From Nitrospinota bacterium (GTDB lineage: Bacteria > Nitrospinota > Nitrospinia > UBA9942), in the NCBI GenBank assembly GCA_016194325.1, contig JACQBS010000105.1:9419-73418 (forward strand): a DNA stretch of 64,000 nt, given 5' to 3'. Positions 28,112 to 38,175 of the stretch are shown here, piece after piece. A program made the position numbers and the translations under genes. The notes beneath the pieces were generated by a model. The model saw nothing but the letters and a program-made list of their open reading frames with translations. It was not told the origin of the DNA and did not search any database. Position 1 is the stretch's first letter. Every line of letters starts with the position of its first letter.

Positions 28112-28797
28112 GATTTTGCCTCCCTAACGACCCCTGCCATAGAATAGGCAGATTGACTCACATTTACTATTGGATTATGAACACCGATTGAATTTGTCAT
28201 TGCAATCCTCTGAGCTAATGCTGTATAGATATTTATACCTTCTACATCAGTTCTTAGATGCAGACCTATTGTGCAATACTTTCCGTCCTTAGCAGCAATG
28301 CCGCAGTAAACCGAAGCCGTATACTCTCTATGGATACCAATCGCCTCCAACCATGACCGAACATTTTTATATTCGCCAATGAGGTCTACTAATTTTTTAT
28401 ATGTCTCTTCATCTTGAATAACGGATTTTAGTAATACTTTAAATTTGTATGCGGTTCCTGAATACTGAAACCACTCCTCTATTTCAGCATTGAGATTCAA
28501 TATCTCAAAAACTTTTTTAATTGCCCACGGAGTTCCTTTGTATCGATGCAGCTCGATAGCGCCTTTTATTAAACCCCTCTTTTCAGCTTCTGTCTTTGCA
28601 AGCTTCCATCCCTCAACATGAAATTGCCAGGCAAGGAAGGGGAGAATATTCGCAGGCACATTATCAATGAGATAAACAAGGACTGCATTAAGTTCAGATT
28701 CTACTGAAAAGACCTTATCCGCAGCCTCGCACAGCCCTTCAAGGTTTTTATCTCCCTGTAAGTTTACAGGCAGTAAATCTTTTGTTTTGTTAGCCAT
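28084..28797 (-). CDS. Phage tail protein I (P2 gpI-like baseplate protein)
   Basis: LPFLAWQFHVEGW and HRYKGTPWA resemble Tail_P2_I conserved blocks; synteny with gpJ. Confidence 0.5.
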   Translation of the reverse strand: MANKTKDLLPVNLQGDKNLEGLCEAADKVFSVESELNAVLVYLIDNVPANILPFLAWQFHVEGWKLAKTEAEKRGLIKGAIELHRYKGTPWAIKKVFEILNLNAEIEEWFQYSGTAYKFKVLLKSVIQDEETYKKLVDLIGEYKNVRSWLEAIGIHREYTASVYCGIAAKDGKYCTIGLHLRTDVEGINIYTALAQRIAMTNSIGVHNPIVNVSQSAYSMAGVVREAKSWVISAAPY

Positions 28798-29917
28798 CTA
28801 CACTCCCTGCAACAGTTACATTTATACCGGAGCATATCGCTACTTCATTATGTGCAATCAAAATATATGCAGGCTGATTAACCACTGCCTTATAGACACC
28901 TGCTATCTTCTGGAGTATCCCTACTATTTGCTCTGGAACCACATCAGTCCCAAGTTTTTCCTTTACAGATTTTGTATAGCTCTCAAGGCTTTCATTTGCC
29001 TTTGAGAGAATTACATCTGAAAGCATCGATGACGATTTATAGATATAAAGCTGGACATCTATGGTGTAATTAACAGTCACAGGTGATTCAATAATCACGG
29101 AATCAGTTAAGGGTCTTACCTTCTCGTCACTCAATTTTTCAGAGACAAGATTGAGCATGTTTGTATCTGGCAACTGCCCATTTTTTAGTAGTAGTGCAAC
29201 CTTCACCGTGCCAGGCTGTGGACTCCACACGGAAACATCAACGATATCTTGATGTGCTGTCTTTGCCCAATACTCATAAGCACCAGATGACCCCGCATTA
29301 CTGAACATCTCAGGTGCAATCTGTATACGCATCCGCAAGTGGTCATTACTTTCAATATCAACTCCGCCATAAGTCAGGCTTGCATTTTCAACCTTCTGCA
29401 CATAGGGGAGAGGATTAATAAGCTGATTTATATCTCCAGCAAGATAACCGCTGCCTATTTCACCAGCATCAACGGATGTAGCCGGGACATCAATATAAGT
29501 GCTGCCAACATTCGCAGTGACATCCTCTGATGTTGCAAAAGCAGCCTTATTGTCTTTACTCATAACTTTTGTTCCTGTGGGAATAAGCAGAGGAGATGTT
29601 AAAGCGGCTTCAAAAGTAAAGCGAAGGGTTGTAATTGCTGCTGCTACAGGAAGTCTTGTTACTCCAAGCAAAGCCCCCAGATGATCCAGCATTTCTCCAT
29701 TTGCATAAACAAGGAGATTCTGCTTTGCAACCTCATTGATGTTTATCCTTAAGAGATTCTCTCGATAGGCAAAGGTGGCGAGGAGAAGGGACTCAATCTG
29801 CCCTTTTGAAAGGGGAATTCCAACGATCCCTTCATAGGACTTTACAATCTCCCTGTATTGTTGATTCCAGTTTACAGGTATAAATTCTGGCTCTGGCAAT
29901 GTCTTTAAATCTATCAT
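28790..29917 (-). CDS. Baseplate J-like protein (P2 gpJ / gp47 family)
   Basis: Size and position between the gpW-like and gpI-like genes. Confidence 0.5.
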   Translation of the reverse strand: MIDLKTLPEPEFIPVNWNQQYREIVKSYEGIVGIPLSKGQIESLLLATFAYRENLLRININEVAKQNLLVYANGEMLDHLGALLGVTRLPVAAAITTLRFTFEAALTSPLLIPTGTKVMSKDNKAAFATSEDVTANVGSTYIDVPATSVDAGEIGSGYLAGDINQLINPLPYVQKVENASLTYGGVDIESNDHLRMRIQIAPEMFSNAGSSGAYEYWAKTAHQDIVDVSVWSPQPGTVKVALLLKNGQLPDTNMLNLVSEKLSDEKVRPLTDSVIIESPVTVNYTIDVQLYIYKSSSMLSDVILSKANESLESYTKSVKEKLGTDVVPEQIVGILQKIAGVYKAVVNQPAYILIAHNEVAICSGINVTVAGSVDG

Positions 29918-29944
29918 ATTTTATTTGTAGCAGACTTAAAGATA

Positions 29945-30307
29945 TTATGATGTAAAATCTGCTAAAACACTTAAAACAACTTCCTGATCGGTTTGTGAGT
30001 CTGTAATCATGCCTGTAATCTTAAAGACTATCTTCCCGGATGCTGAGGCACTCATGAGTTTTATTTTAGATGGCTTGAATCTTTCTGAATTTATCTTTAT
30101 TGCCCTGTATGCCTCAGCAATTATCAACGGTCTTGCTACATTCTGTGGTTTATCGAGATACTCTGGAATCCTGCTGCCAAATTCAGGGCGATGGGGAATA
30201 GAGCCAAGAGGAGTCGCCAGAATAAGACCTATCTCCTGATTTATATCCTCTATACCTGTAAGCGTCTTACCTACTGAGCCAAGTTTAATTTGCATATCTT
30301 CTAACAA
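29945..30307 (-). CDS. Baseplate wedge protein GPW/gp25-like
   Basis: 120 aa; the conserved block GLILATPLGSIPHRPEFGSRIPEYL matches the GPW_gp25 pattern. Confidence 0.65.
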   Translation of the reverse strand: MLEDMQIKLGSVGKTLTGIEDINQEIGLILATPLGSIPHRPEFGSRIPEYLDKPQNVARPLIIAEAYRAIKINSERFKPSKIKLMSASASGKIVFKITGMITDSQTDQEVVLSVLADFTS

Positions 30308-30346
30308 CCCCCTTTCTCCCCCTTTAGTAAGGGGGATTAAAGAGGA

Positions 30347-30727
30347 TTATAAAATTGGTGTGGTCAATGTGTCGTATATCTTTTGATACTTATCGGCAAT
30401 ACTCATTGCATCGGGACCTGTAACAACCATAAGCACCCCTGCACTGTAACCATCATTAGGTGGTGCGCCTGATTCACTTTGTGCCCTCGATGCCCAGCCC
30501 CCCTGACCAGGCTGAAGATAAAGGACATAGATACCACTTGCAGACAGCTTATCTGCAAGACTCGTATTGTTCGACATAAGGGAGTTCATTGCATCGAGCC
30601 TGCCCTGAAGGTTGCCCAGCACAAGATTCCCTTTTTTCAGCAGCTTATTCACCTCTGTCTTCTGTGCATCGAGGGAGAGCTTAAGTCCCCCGAAAATACT
30701 GTCTAATGTAAGTGACTGCCAAGGCAT
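30347..30727 (-). CDS. Hypothetical phage baseplate-region protein
   Basis: ORF only. Confidence 0.3.
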   Translation of the reverse strand: MPWQSLTLDSIFGGLKLSLDAQKTEVNKLLKKGNLVLGNLQGRLDAMNSLMSNNTSLADKLSASGIYVLYLQPGQGGWASRAQSESGAPPNDGYSAGVLMVVTGPDAMSIADKYQKIYDTLTTPIL

Positions 30728-30744
30728 AAATTATCTCCTATAAA

Positions 30745-30850
30745 AACAGGTTAAGGTTTAGGTTGAGGTTAAGGAAAGAATTTGTAAAACCAATTCCTTA
30801 ATTGGAAATTGGAAATTAGAAATTCTCCTCGACCTTAACCTTAACCTGTT
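30745..30850. repeat. Intergenic long hairpin (AACAGGTTAAGGTTTAGGTTGAGGTTAAGG / CCTCGACCTTAACCTTAACCTGTT) enclosing an AATTCCTTAATTGGAAATTGGAAATTAGAAATT element
   Basis: Read directly; the element recurs at 44937-44976 and, degenerate, at 16630-16655. Confidence 0.55.
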
Positions 30851-30852
30851 TT

Positions 30853-31047
30853 TTATTGATGTGATGAACTCGGCGGACTTCCCGCTGTGTCCGATAAGTT
30901 TTGCAACTCATCATAAACCCCTTCTGCAATTCCCTCGATAAACTCCTCCATCTCTTGATGAAGATCATCTGCGATATGTGTCCAGTGCGGCTTTGCCTTA
31001 AGCCTGTTTAATATCGCCGTCTTAATTGCTGTTCCGCTTGTTGCCAT
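30853..31047 (-). CDS. Small hypothetical phage protein
   Basis: ORF only. Confidence 0.25.
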   Translation of the reverse strand: MATSGTAIKTAILNRLKAKPHWTHIADDLHQEMEEFIEGIAEGVYDELQNLSDTAGSPPSSSHQ

Positions 31048-31058
31048 TTACCCCCCCA

Positions 31059-31592
31059 TTACGGATGGTCAGGCATCCCTGTAAAAGGACATCTGAGTCC
31101 GAGTATAGTGCATGAATCCGTCTTTATAAATGTGTTATCCCACATTGCATTAAACTCTTCCAGTTCTTCATCGAGAGATTTTCCATTTATCTCTGACGAA
31201 TCAAATCGTATTAATTCTTTTCCTGCAACGATTATTTCACAGTCCCCTTTCAGATCGAGGGAAAGTTTCTTTGCCTTGCGGTCATACTCAATTACTGTTC
31301 CATCTTCAAATTGTTTGTGCCATTTATCATTACTGCTTACCGGTACTTTGTCAGATTCGCTGTATATCGCCCCTAATACAAACCCTTGCTCAAGTCCCTG
31401 TCCAGAAAACAGACACACCACATGCTCATCAATATCAGGCATCCAGTAGTCTTTGTCTTTAAGGGTCTTTCTAAAAACAACAGGCAGTTCATAACTTACG
31501 GTATCATCCACATCTATTAGCTTCACCTTTACTGTGCATCTTTCAGGATACCTCTGAGTAATAACACCGACTTTTACAAGTTCGTTTATCAT
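31059..31592 (-). CDS. Baseplate assembly protein V (gpV spike-like)
   Basis: N-terminal GVITQRYPERCTVKVKLIDVDDTVSYELPVVF and CLFSGQGLEQGFVLGAIYS match the Phage_base_V pattern. Confidence 0.6.
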   Translation of the reverse strand: MINELVKVGVITQRYPERCTVKVKLIDVDDTVSYELPVVFRKTLKDKDYWMPDIDEHVVCLFSGQGLEQGFVLGAIYSESDKVPVSSNDKWHKQFEDGTVIEYDRKAKKLSLDLKGDCEIIVAGKELIRFDSSEINGKSLDEELEEFNAMWDNTFIKTDSCTILGLRCPFTGMPDHP

Positions 31593-32584
31593 GTTCTTCT
31601 CACCTTGCAGATAGTTACATATCCTCCACCTCGATCAAATGAGTGTTGTGCCTCCTCAATAAGATACTGATTATCCAGTGTTCCAAATCCCTCTATGTTA
31701 ACAGTTGCACCTGCCGTAAAGTGTGGTTCGCCCATGTAGGTAAATTCTGATTCGCACTCCCATTTGTTTTTATTTTTAAGCTCTGCTTTTGCCCTCTCAA
31801 TTGCCTGTTGTTTGTTCTCACACCTTTCAGAGATTTTTAATACATTCCCTGATACAATCTTTTCTGCCTTTTCAGTATGTGCTATCTCTTTCTTGGCGGC
31901 GGGATTCCAGTATCTTATCTCACAGGTTTTATATATTTCATGTGTCTTATTAGAAAACCTGTAGGATATGAGATTTTTGATGCCTCTCCGTATCGTCATT
32001 ACAGGTGAAGCCTTCTCAAGTTCCTCTGGTTTTATGCAGATAAGCCTTTCAGCATCAACCTTTACATTGTATCCATATTTCTCACAGGTATTTTTTAAGA
32101 AACTCAAATCACTTTCATCTTTCTGGTCTATTCGTTTGAACTTGATATCAGGCTCTATTTTTATTTGAGGATTTAGATTATTGCGTTTTGCAATTTCCTT
32201 TAATACGGTTGATAAATTTACATTCTCCCATGAGTGAGTCCTTTTTTGTCTGAAGCTCTCCGTAATATATGTTGAGAGCCCTTTTACATTAATTACATCG
32301 GGGGGACCGCTAAACTCTATCTCATCTATCTGAAAAGTCCCTGCCTGAAGCCATCTTTCAGACTTCTCTTTTATACCTATCACTATCTTTACAACATCGC
32401 CCTTTGATGGATACCATGAGGACTTCCATTTATCGTCTCTATCTTCAAAAGTAAGTTGTATCTCGTCGCTTTTACCATGTAGATGGTCTGTATAAGTAAG
32501 ATTCAAAAGATACGGAGATACATCCTTACTCACATCCTTACCTGCCCAAACGATTTTATATAGAGGCTCTCTTATCTTTTCCAT
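31589..32584 (-). CDS. Phage late control gene D protein (gpD-like)
   Basis: About 330 aa, positioned between the gpX-like and gpV-like genes. Confidence 0.5.
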   Translation of the reverse strand: MEKIREPLYKIVWAGKDVSKDVSPYLLNLTYTDHLHGKSDEIQLTFEDRDDKWKSSWYPSKGDVVKIVIGIKEKSERWLQAGTFQIDEIEFSGPPDVINVKGLSTYITESFRQKRTHSWENVNLSTVLKEIAKRNNLNPQIKIEPDIKFKRIDQKDESDLSFLKNTCEKYGYNVKVDAERLICIKPEELEKASPVMTIRRGIKNLISYRFSNKTHEIYKTCEIRYWNPAAKKEIAHTEKAEKIVSGNVLKISERCENKQQAIERAKAELKNKNKWECESEFTYMGEPHFTAGATVNIEGFGTLDNQYLIEEAQHSFDRGGGYVTICKVRRT

Positions 32585-32787
32585 GGCGGCAGCTCCTCTG
32601 GATATATGGAGCTGACCTCTAATTGAGGTATTTCAAGCTCAATCCCTGCCGGCAGCAGAGGACTTCTTTTTATCACATCAGACAAATATGAATTTGCCTT
32701 TATGATTTCTTTATAGTAATCGGGATGTCCATAAAACTTAAAAGAAATTTGATCCCATCTATCGTTTTGAATTGTTCTGTATTTCAT
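32572..32787 (-). CDS. Phage tail protein X (gpX, LysM-like)
   Basis: 71 aa; DRWDQISFKFYG...LPAGIELEIP matches the Phage_tail_X pattern. Confidence 0.65.
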   Translation of the reverse strand: MKYRTIQNDRWDQISFKFYGHPDYYKEIIKANSYLSDVIKRSPLLPAGIELEIPQLEVSSIYPEELPPWKR

Positions 32788-32969
32788 AAAAAGGTTATCT
32801 CTCCAGCTACACGGTGAGCCGCCCTGTTTATGCTGTCAGCGATTCGCTCCAGCCAACAGAATGTCCCTTCGCAAAAATCCCGAAGAAATATTATTCCAAT
32901 TGCGACAATCAAAACCATGATTCCCAACAGTTCAATAGCAGACCCTATGATATAGCGGATTGTTTTCAT
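32784..32969 (-). CDS. Small membrane protein
   Basis: One hydrophobic helix; ORF only. Confidence 0.25.
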   Translation of the reverse strand: MKTIRYIIGSAIELLGIMVLIVAIGIIFLRDFCEGTFCWLERIADSINRAAHRVAGEITFL

Positions 32970-33352
32970 CAGTTATATTCCTTCAGACTCACCTCAAACT
33001 CAATCACTTTGGGATTCCCCAGACCATCCGTTTCTCTCCATGTTTCCGAAACACTCTCAATAACAAACTCTCCAAATATCTCGTCACCAAACACAAATAC
33101 AAGGGATTCTCCCTTTTCTGCCTCTTTCTCGAGTTTGTGTATCTCCTCTAATGGATTACAAAAATAATCACCAAATCTGCCACTGAAAGAGACTGTATCA
33201 AGTTGCCTCCCCATAGACTGAAGTCTTGACTTGCCTTTTAATATTTCATGCTCTGCATATTTCCATGTACGCGAACGCTTTAGTTCGTTAATGTTATTTA
33301 TATGATCTTCCGAAATCTCAAAGGCTATGTCTCCAAGCACACCGATATTCAC
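32969..33352 (-). CDS. Phage tail protein U-like (gpU)
   Basis: 127 aa located between the tape measure and gpX genes. Confidence 0.4.
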   Translation of the reverse strand: MNIGVLGDIAFEISEDHINNINELKRSRTWKYAEHEILKGKSRLQSMGRQLDTVSFSGRFGDYFCNPLEEIHKLEKEAEKGESLVFVFGDEIFGEFVIESVSETWRETDGLGNPKVIEFEVSLKEYN

Positions 33353-35775
33353 CAGCCAATCCTCCCTTCTCTTTTGAAATACTGTTCAATCACCCTTTTA
33401 ATAGCATCTTCAGTGGCTGAGGCAGTTTGTAACGCAACCTCCTTCACAACAGTTCTGTCAACATTACCGCCGAATGTAAGATGCTGGGTAATATTGATTG
33501 GAGGTATAGAGCGTGCAGCAGCCGTTCTTTCTGGCATTGCCCCTTTTCCTGTCATTCCTGCGAAGGCAGGAATCCATGTCGGCTGCGCCATTGCCTTCAC
33601 AGGCTCGAGCATTTGTCTGACAGGCTGTGTAATTGGCTGTAGAACCTGCCTTGTGGCATTTATTACCTTTGACATTGCAGTTATTGCCGGTGCTGGCTTC
33701 ATTGTCTCTGCAATGGTTTCTATAATCCTTATCTTATGCAAATCTTTGAAAGGTCCCTCTCTGGCAGGACTGAAAGGTAGGAAATTGCGTATTTTCTGAG
33801 TTATGTTTTTTACTGCCTCAACTGGCTTATTTACCATAGACATCATCCCTTCATGCAGTGTCTGGATTACTTTCTTACCTGCATCAAAGAGATTCATACC
33901 TGTAATAAACTTTAAAAGCTTATTCAATGCCATTATGGGTGCTGTGATGGGGTTCACCCAGAGAAAGACACTCAAAACCTTCTGCCAGTTCCCCTTCATC
34001 CAGAGCCATGCAACTGAAATCCCCTTGCCTACCTTATCCCAATGTTTCCATAATAGATAGCCACTGGCTATAAGTGCAGTGATGCCGAGTATAATCCATC
34101 CGATTGGTGTTGTAACGAGTGCAATACTCATAGCCCTGATACCTGATATTGCAGTAATACTGAAAACCCTTATACCTATTGCAGCAGCCCTAAGACCAGA
34201 GAGGAGTCCCGAAAACGATGTCCTCGCCATTGTTGCAATCCACGTCCTCATGGCCCCGATGTTTTCAAGCATCCTGTATCTTGTCGTCATAAGCCAATAT
34301 TGCATCGCCTTATAGAATCCACCATGATACTGAATATAATTCATAAGTTTCTGCATCCCTATAAGTCGCCATATCTCGGCTCTCTTCAGTCTTATCCAGG
34401 GGATTGCAATTTTAATATAGTTTGTAAACATCCTCACAGAGCCAATACCATTAGAGAGTAATTTCGTTGCCATCCCTAAAAGCAGCAGTCCACCTCCAAA
34501 GACTGTCAATACACCACCTGTCACGGCAACTGTTACACCAATTGCTCCGGCAAGCCTCTGGTGATTCTTCACCCATATATCTATCCTTCCAAATAGGTTA
34601 TTGAGCCGTTCAAATACACTGCCAAGCCTTAAGCTCTGGCTTGTAACAGCCCCTATACTTGCAACTGCATTTTGCACTGTCCCTGTCAATGTATCCCACC
34701 GCATCTTCGTGGTTCCCATTATTGCGTCAATCTTTTTCTGCATATCTGCCTGCTGCTGCATCCGTTTAAGCATCTCGTTATAACCTGTAAGTCCTTTATC
34801 CACAAGCAATGAAAGTGGTCTCGCAGCCTCAACACTGAAAAGCTTTTCAAGGACAATCAGCTTTTCCTGTGGATTGAGTGCCTTTAATTTTTCCAACTCC
34901 TTTATCATTCCCTCGATCCCAACAAATGCACCTTTATCTGTAAAGAAATTCAGTTTAATCCCTTTAGGATCAAGTATCGGTGCAACCAGTTTATGTATCG
35001 CCTTTCTATCCATTTTACTGGTCAGCAGTGCCATCTTTGAAAGTGCATTGGCAAAGTTAGTCCCTGCTGTGCTTCCCTCAATAGAATTTGATGCCATAAC
35101 GCCAATAACAGCAGATATTTTTTTAGCATCCTCCAGTCCTTGAATATTAAGTGACTTTAAAGAACTCCCCATATATTTGAATGAATAGGCAAGGTCTCCA
35201 ATTTCAACACCTGAGGCGAATTTCAATCTTTGTAAAGTATCCATGAAGGAAACTGCCTCTTTATCTGCAACACCCATTGATTCCTGAAACTTTGCCACAT
35301 GGGTTGCAGCCTCTGCAAAGGGAAGTTTCATAAGCACTGCAAATTTAGCAGCCGCCTCACCAACCCCGCCAAGGATATACTTTGTCTGGACACCCTGTTC
35401 TCTTAAGGCAATGAACATCTCGACCATATCCTTTGTTGAGCCTGGCAAAGCAGTGCCGAGTCTATCTGCAAGACGATACATCTCCTCAAGGTCTTTGCCT
35501 GTCTTGCCTGAAGTATCCATCATGGTGGTTTTCAAACGCGTCTGAGCTTCCTCAAGGTCGGCAAATACAGAAATCGTCTTCTGGACAGGACCCAGCATCA
35601 TCAATCCTGCGGCCGTTGACTGTCTGCCCAACCGAACCATATTTTCCGATACCTGCTGCAATTTCGCCTGCATCCTTCCAAAATCGGTGATGGCATTATT
35701 GGTCATGCGATTGAACACGCCCGAGGCATGATCAACAGCAGAGAGCATCATTCCTATAGTAAAAGCATTAGCCAT
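33349..35775 (-). CDS. Tail tape measure protein
   Basis: 808 aa, largely helical with central hydrophobic segments; lies downstream of the tube and chaperone genes. Confidence 0.7.
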   Translation of the reverse strand: MANAFTIGMMLSAVDHASGVFNRMTNNAITDFGRMQAKLQQVSENMVRLGRQSTAAGLMMLGPVQKTISVFADLEEAQTRLKTTMMDTSGKTGKDLEEMYRLADRLGTALPGSTKDMVEMFIALREQGVQTKYILGGVGEAAAKFAVLMKLPFAEAATHVAKFQESMGVADKEAVSFMDTLQRLKFASGVEIGDLAYSFKYMGSSLKSLNIQGLEDAKKISAVIGVMASNSIEGSTAGTNFANALSKMALLTSKMDRKAIHKLVAPILDPKGIKLNFFTDKGAFVGIEGMIKELEKLKALNPQEKLIVLEKLFSVEAARPLSLLVDKGLTGYNEMLKRMQQQADMQKKIDAIMGTTKMRWDTLTGTVQNAVASIGAVTSQSLRLGSVFERLNNLFGRIDIWVKNHQRLAGAIGVTVAVTGGVLTVFGGGLLLLGMATKLLSNGIGSVRMFTNYIKIAIPWIRLKRAEIWRLIGMQKLMNYIQYHGGFYKAMQYWLMTTRYRMLENIGAMRTWIATMARTSFSGLLSGLRAAAIGIRVFSITAISGIRAMSIALVTTPIGWIILGITALIASGYLLWKHWDKVGKGISVAWLWMKGNWQKVLSVFLWVNPITAPIMALNKLLKFITGMNLFDAGKKVIQTLHEGMMSMVNKPVEAVKNITQKIRNFLPFSPAREGPFKDLHKIRIIETIAETMKPAPAITAMSKVINATRQVLQPITQPVRQMLEPVKAMAQPTWIPAFAGMTGKGAMPERTAAARSIPPINITQHLTFGGNVDRTVVKEVALQTASATEDAIKRVIEQYFKREGRIGW

Positions 35776-36069
35776 TTTTTATTCCCTCTCGATCAGATTC
35801 ATGTTATATTTATAATATGAGTTGGTTGCCTTTTATCTTTTTGCTGCCATGATGGGTATAACCATTGTCTTATCTTTCACAATAGGTCTTGCACTTTTGA
35901 TTATGTATATGGGAATTCTGTCTATTAGGTATATCAGACAGAAAAGAAGTTATATTCACAGGGTAAACAGACAATATTTAAAGAAGAGGCTCTCTCACCT
36001 CTAATGAGCCTTTTACAGCCTCGCTATATTTAACACTCTCCTCAACCCAAAAGTTAATCTCTTCGATGC

Positions 36070-36393
36070 TCATTTCTGAGATTTCTTTGAATGTCCAGCC
36101 AGTAGTCCTTGCGAGGTGGATGATATGCTGGATTGAGGGAAGGACAAATTTTCAAGACCTCCTGCTATCTCGATATTAAGCATGTAAACATCAGGCAGAT
36201 CCATCTCCAGCAGGTCTTCAAACACAACCTTTTTGCCATCAATCTCCACGAGCTCAGACAATAAAGCCCATTGCATCTCTGCTGGGTCCTTTGCCTTCCT
36301 TTGTGCATTAAAAAGGTCTCTCCCTTTGCCCTTTCTTAAAGTCGCCTTTTTGCCAGATGGTAAAACTATTTCCTTACTTTCATTACTCTCCAT
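36070..36393 (-). CDS. Tail assembly chaperone (gpE-like)
   Basis: 107 aa between the tube and tape measure genes; the -1 frame after its stop stays open for about 37 codons. Confidence 0.4.
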   Translation of the reverse strand: MESNESKEIVLPSGKKATLRKGKGRDLFNAQRKAKDPAEMQWALLSELVEIDGKKVVFEDLLEMDLPDVYMLNIEIAGGLENLSFPQSSISSTSQGLLAGHSKKSQK

Positions 36394-36426
36394 ATTAATA
36401 CCTCCCTGTGTTAAAATGTCTTGGCA

Positions 36427-36948
36427 TTACATTCCCAGTGTTTCTCTCACACTTGCAAGAAGGTCTTTGCCATTGACCTTATAGATGTAACTGAATTTGT
36501 CAATCTCCAGTATCTCCTCTCCGTTTATCTCAAGCTTGTAATAGTGTGCCTCGTAATCTGCCTGTGATTCCGCATCTGTGCCTTGTTTAAAATCACCGAG
36601 CTTAACCTTTTTAAAGAATGCCCTCATCGTAACCTTAACAGGGTAGACATCCATATTGCCTGTCTGCACATTATAGCTTTGCACTGCTGCACGGATATCG
36701 AGGATAGGGGCGTGTGATGCGTTATAAAGCACCTTGGCAGCATCAGGAGTCATGGATTTGAATTTGATGTTACCCGAAAGCTTATCAATATGTCCTATAA
36801 GCGGGGTCTCCATACCACCCGCAATTCCAAAGGCATTCACATCCACAACCTTATGCGACACCTCTGGCAGCTCAACAGATGCCTTCCCAAGCCAGTTGGC
36901 TCCATCCACATATACATTTGCATCATTCAAGATATTTGGTATCTCCAT
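36427..36948 (-). CDS. Major tail tube protein
   Basis: 173 aa immediately downstream of the sheath gene. Confidence 0.6.
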   Translation of the reverse strand: MEIPNILNDANVYVDGANWLGKASVELPEVSHKVVDVNAFGIAGGMETPLIGHIDKLSGNIKFKSMTPDAAKVLYNASHAPILDIRAAVQSYNVQTGNMDVYPVKVTMRAFFKKVKLGDFKQGTDAESQADYEAHYYKLEINGEEILEIDKFSYIYKVNGKDLLASVRETLGM

Positions 36949-36950
36949 AT

Positions 36951-38174
36951 TTATTCACCTCCAAAAAGATTTTTAAAGTAGTTGGCATCCACCTCGAGGA
37001 TATGCTCGATGGTCTCTGCAGGCGGCGGTGCAAGATAGGTGATGTAGAATCTGATTATCCCATTCAGCAAGTCTGTGGTGGGATTGTCCTCTTTCCTGAA
37101 ATATACCTTTGCACCGATTAAAAAACTCCTGCCCACAAGCCCATTGAGCCAGATATTCACTGTGCTGACGACTGTCTCTATGAGCCTCTTATTCATAGGG
37201 TCATCAACCTTCTGCCATGAGAGAAGGACAAGGTTATTCTCAATCCAGTTAGCCATCCTTCTGCATGGGATAAATGTATCCTTTATGTCAGTAACCTCGG
37301 GGAATGCAGCAGTCCTGTTACCCCAGAGCTTCCAGCCTGTAGAGAATCTGAATATCGTTGCAATACCCTGCTCATTAAGATAATTTGCCTCCTGAATGGT
37401 GAGAATCTTTACAGGGCCGTCAATCCGTAATTCCTTGTTTGACGGAGACTCATAAGGAACACCTGTGTTCTTCTCGTCCACCTTTGCAGTAAGTCCTGCT
37501 GCATGAGCTGATAGCCAATGCGTATCAGAACCGTATTTCGCCTGTGGCCAGAATATGGCAGCATGTGCAGAGCCAAAGGTTGCCTTGAATGTCAGGGCAT
37601 CCGCAGGCTTCTCCACAGTAGAGGGGACATCAATATAAGCAATCGCCTTGAAGTGGTTACTGATCTTTTCTGCTTTTGCAATCATGGCATTGGCAACGGA
37701 GGTGTTATGAGAGTATCCAGGCGCAAGAACTAATCCAATCACCTTTCCGAAACTTGTGAAGGATTCTTCAATAAGCTCCAGTCCTGTCCTTTTCCCTGTT
37801 GTAGCATCCACACCGCCGATGATGTCCGTTGCCGTCACAAGTGACGGATCTGGATTATCCTGAGTATCCTTATGCACCGCAGGGTCAAAGACATTCACAA
37901 AGATTACAGGACTCATACCGTAGAGCGTGAAATAAACCTTTGCGAATTGTGAGAGTGAGTAATTGCCCTCACTCTGCCCCTGTGGAACCTCTCCGAAGGT
38001 TATGACAAATTCCTTATAATTAAATATAATCTTTGCCTGATTAACAGGCTTATCACCTGTAAGACTCTGCACAGGTGCAGCGCCAACGATAAATGGCAAT
38101 GCACTGTCGCATGTCCTTACACCTAAAACCTTTGTATCCAGCTCCTGAATATATACACCATGTTGAAATGCCAT
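36951..38174 (-). CDS. Contractile tail sheath protein
   Basis: 407 aa; sheath-tube order as in P2/Mu. Confidence 0.7.
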   Translation of the reverse strand: MAFQHGVYIQELDTKVLGVRTCDSALPFIVGAAPVQSLTGDKPVNQAKIIFNYKEFVITFGEVPQGQSEGNYSLSQFAKVYFTLYGMSPVIFVNVFDPAVHKDTQDNPDPSLVTATDIIGGVDATTGKRTGLELIEESFTSFGKVIGLVLAPGYSHNTSVANAMIAKAEKISNHFKAIAYIDVPSTVEKPADALTFKATFGSAHAAIFWPQAKYGSDTHWLSAHAAGLTAKVDEKNTGVPYESPSNKELRIDGPVKILTIQEANYLNEQGIATIFRFSTGWKLWGNRTAAFPEVTDIKDTFIPCRRMANWIENNLVLLSWQKVDDPMNKRLIETVVSTVNIWLNGLVGRSFLIGAKVYFRKEDNPTTDLLNGIIRFYITYLAPPPAETIEHILEVDANYFKNLFGGE

Positions 38175-38175
38175 A

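Noticed and set aside
35822-36004. Plus-strand 60-aa two-helix membrane ORF between the tape measure and chaperone genes
   Set aside because: It has the opposite orientation in a tightly co-directional tail operon. The gap is better explained by an E'-type frameshift extension. It was kept only as a remote possibility.
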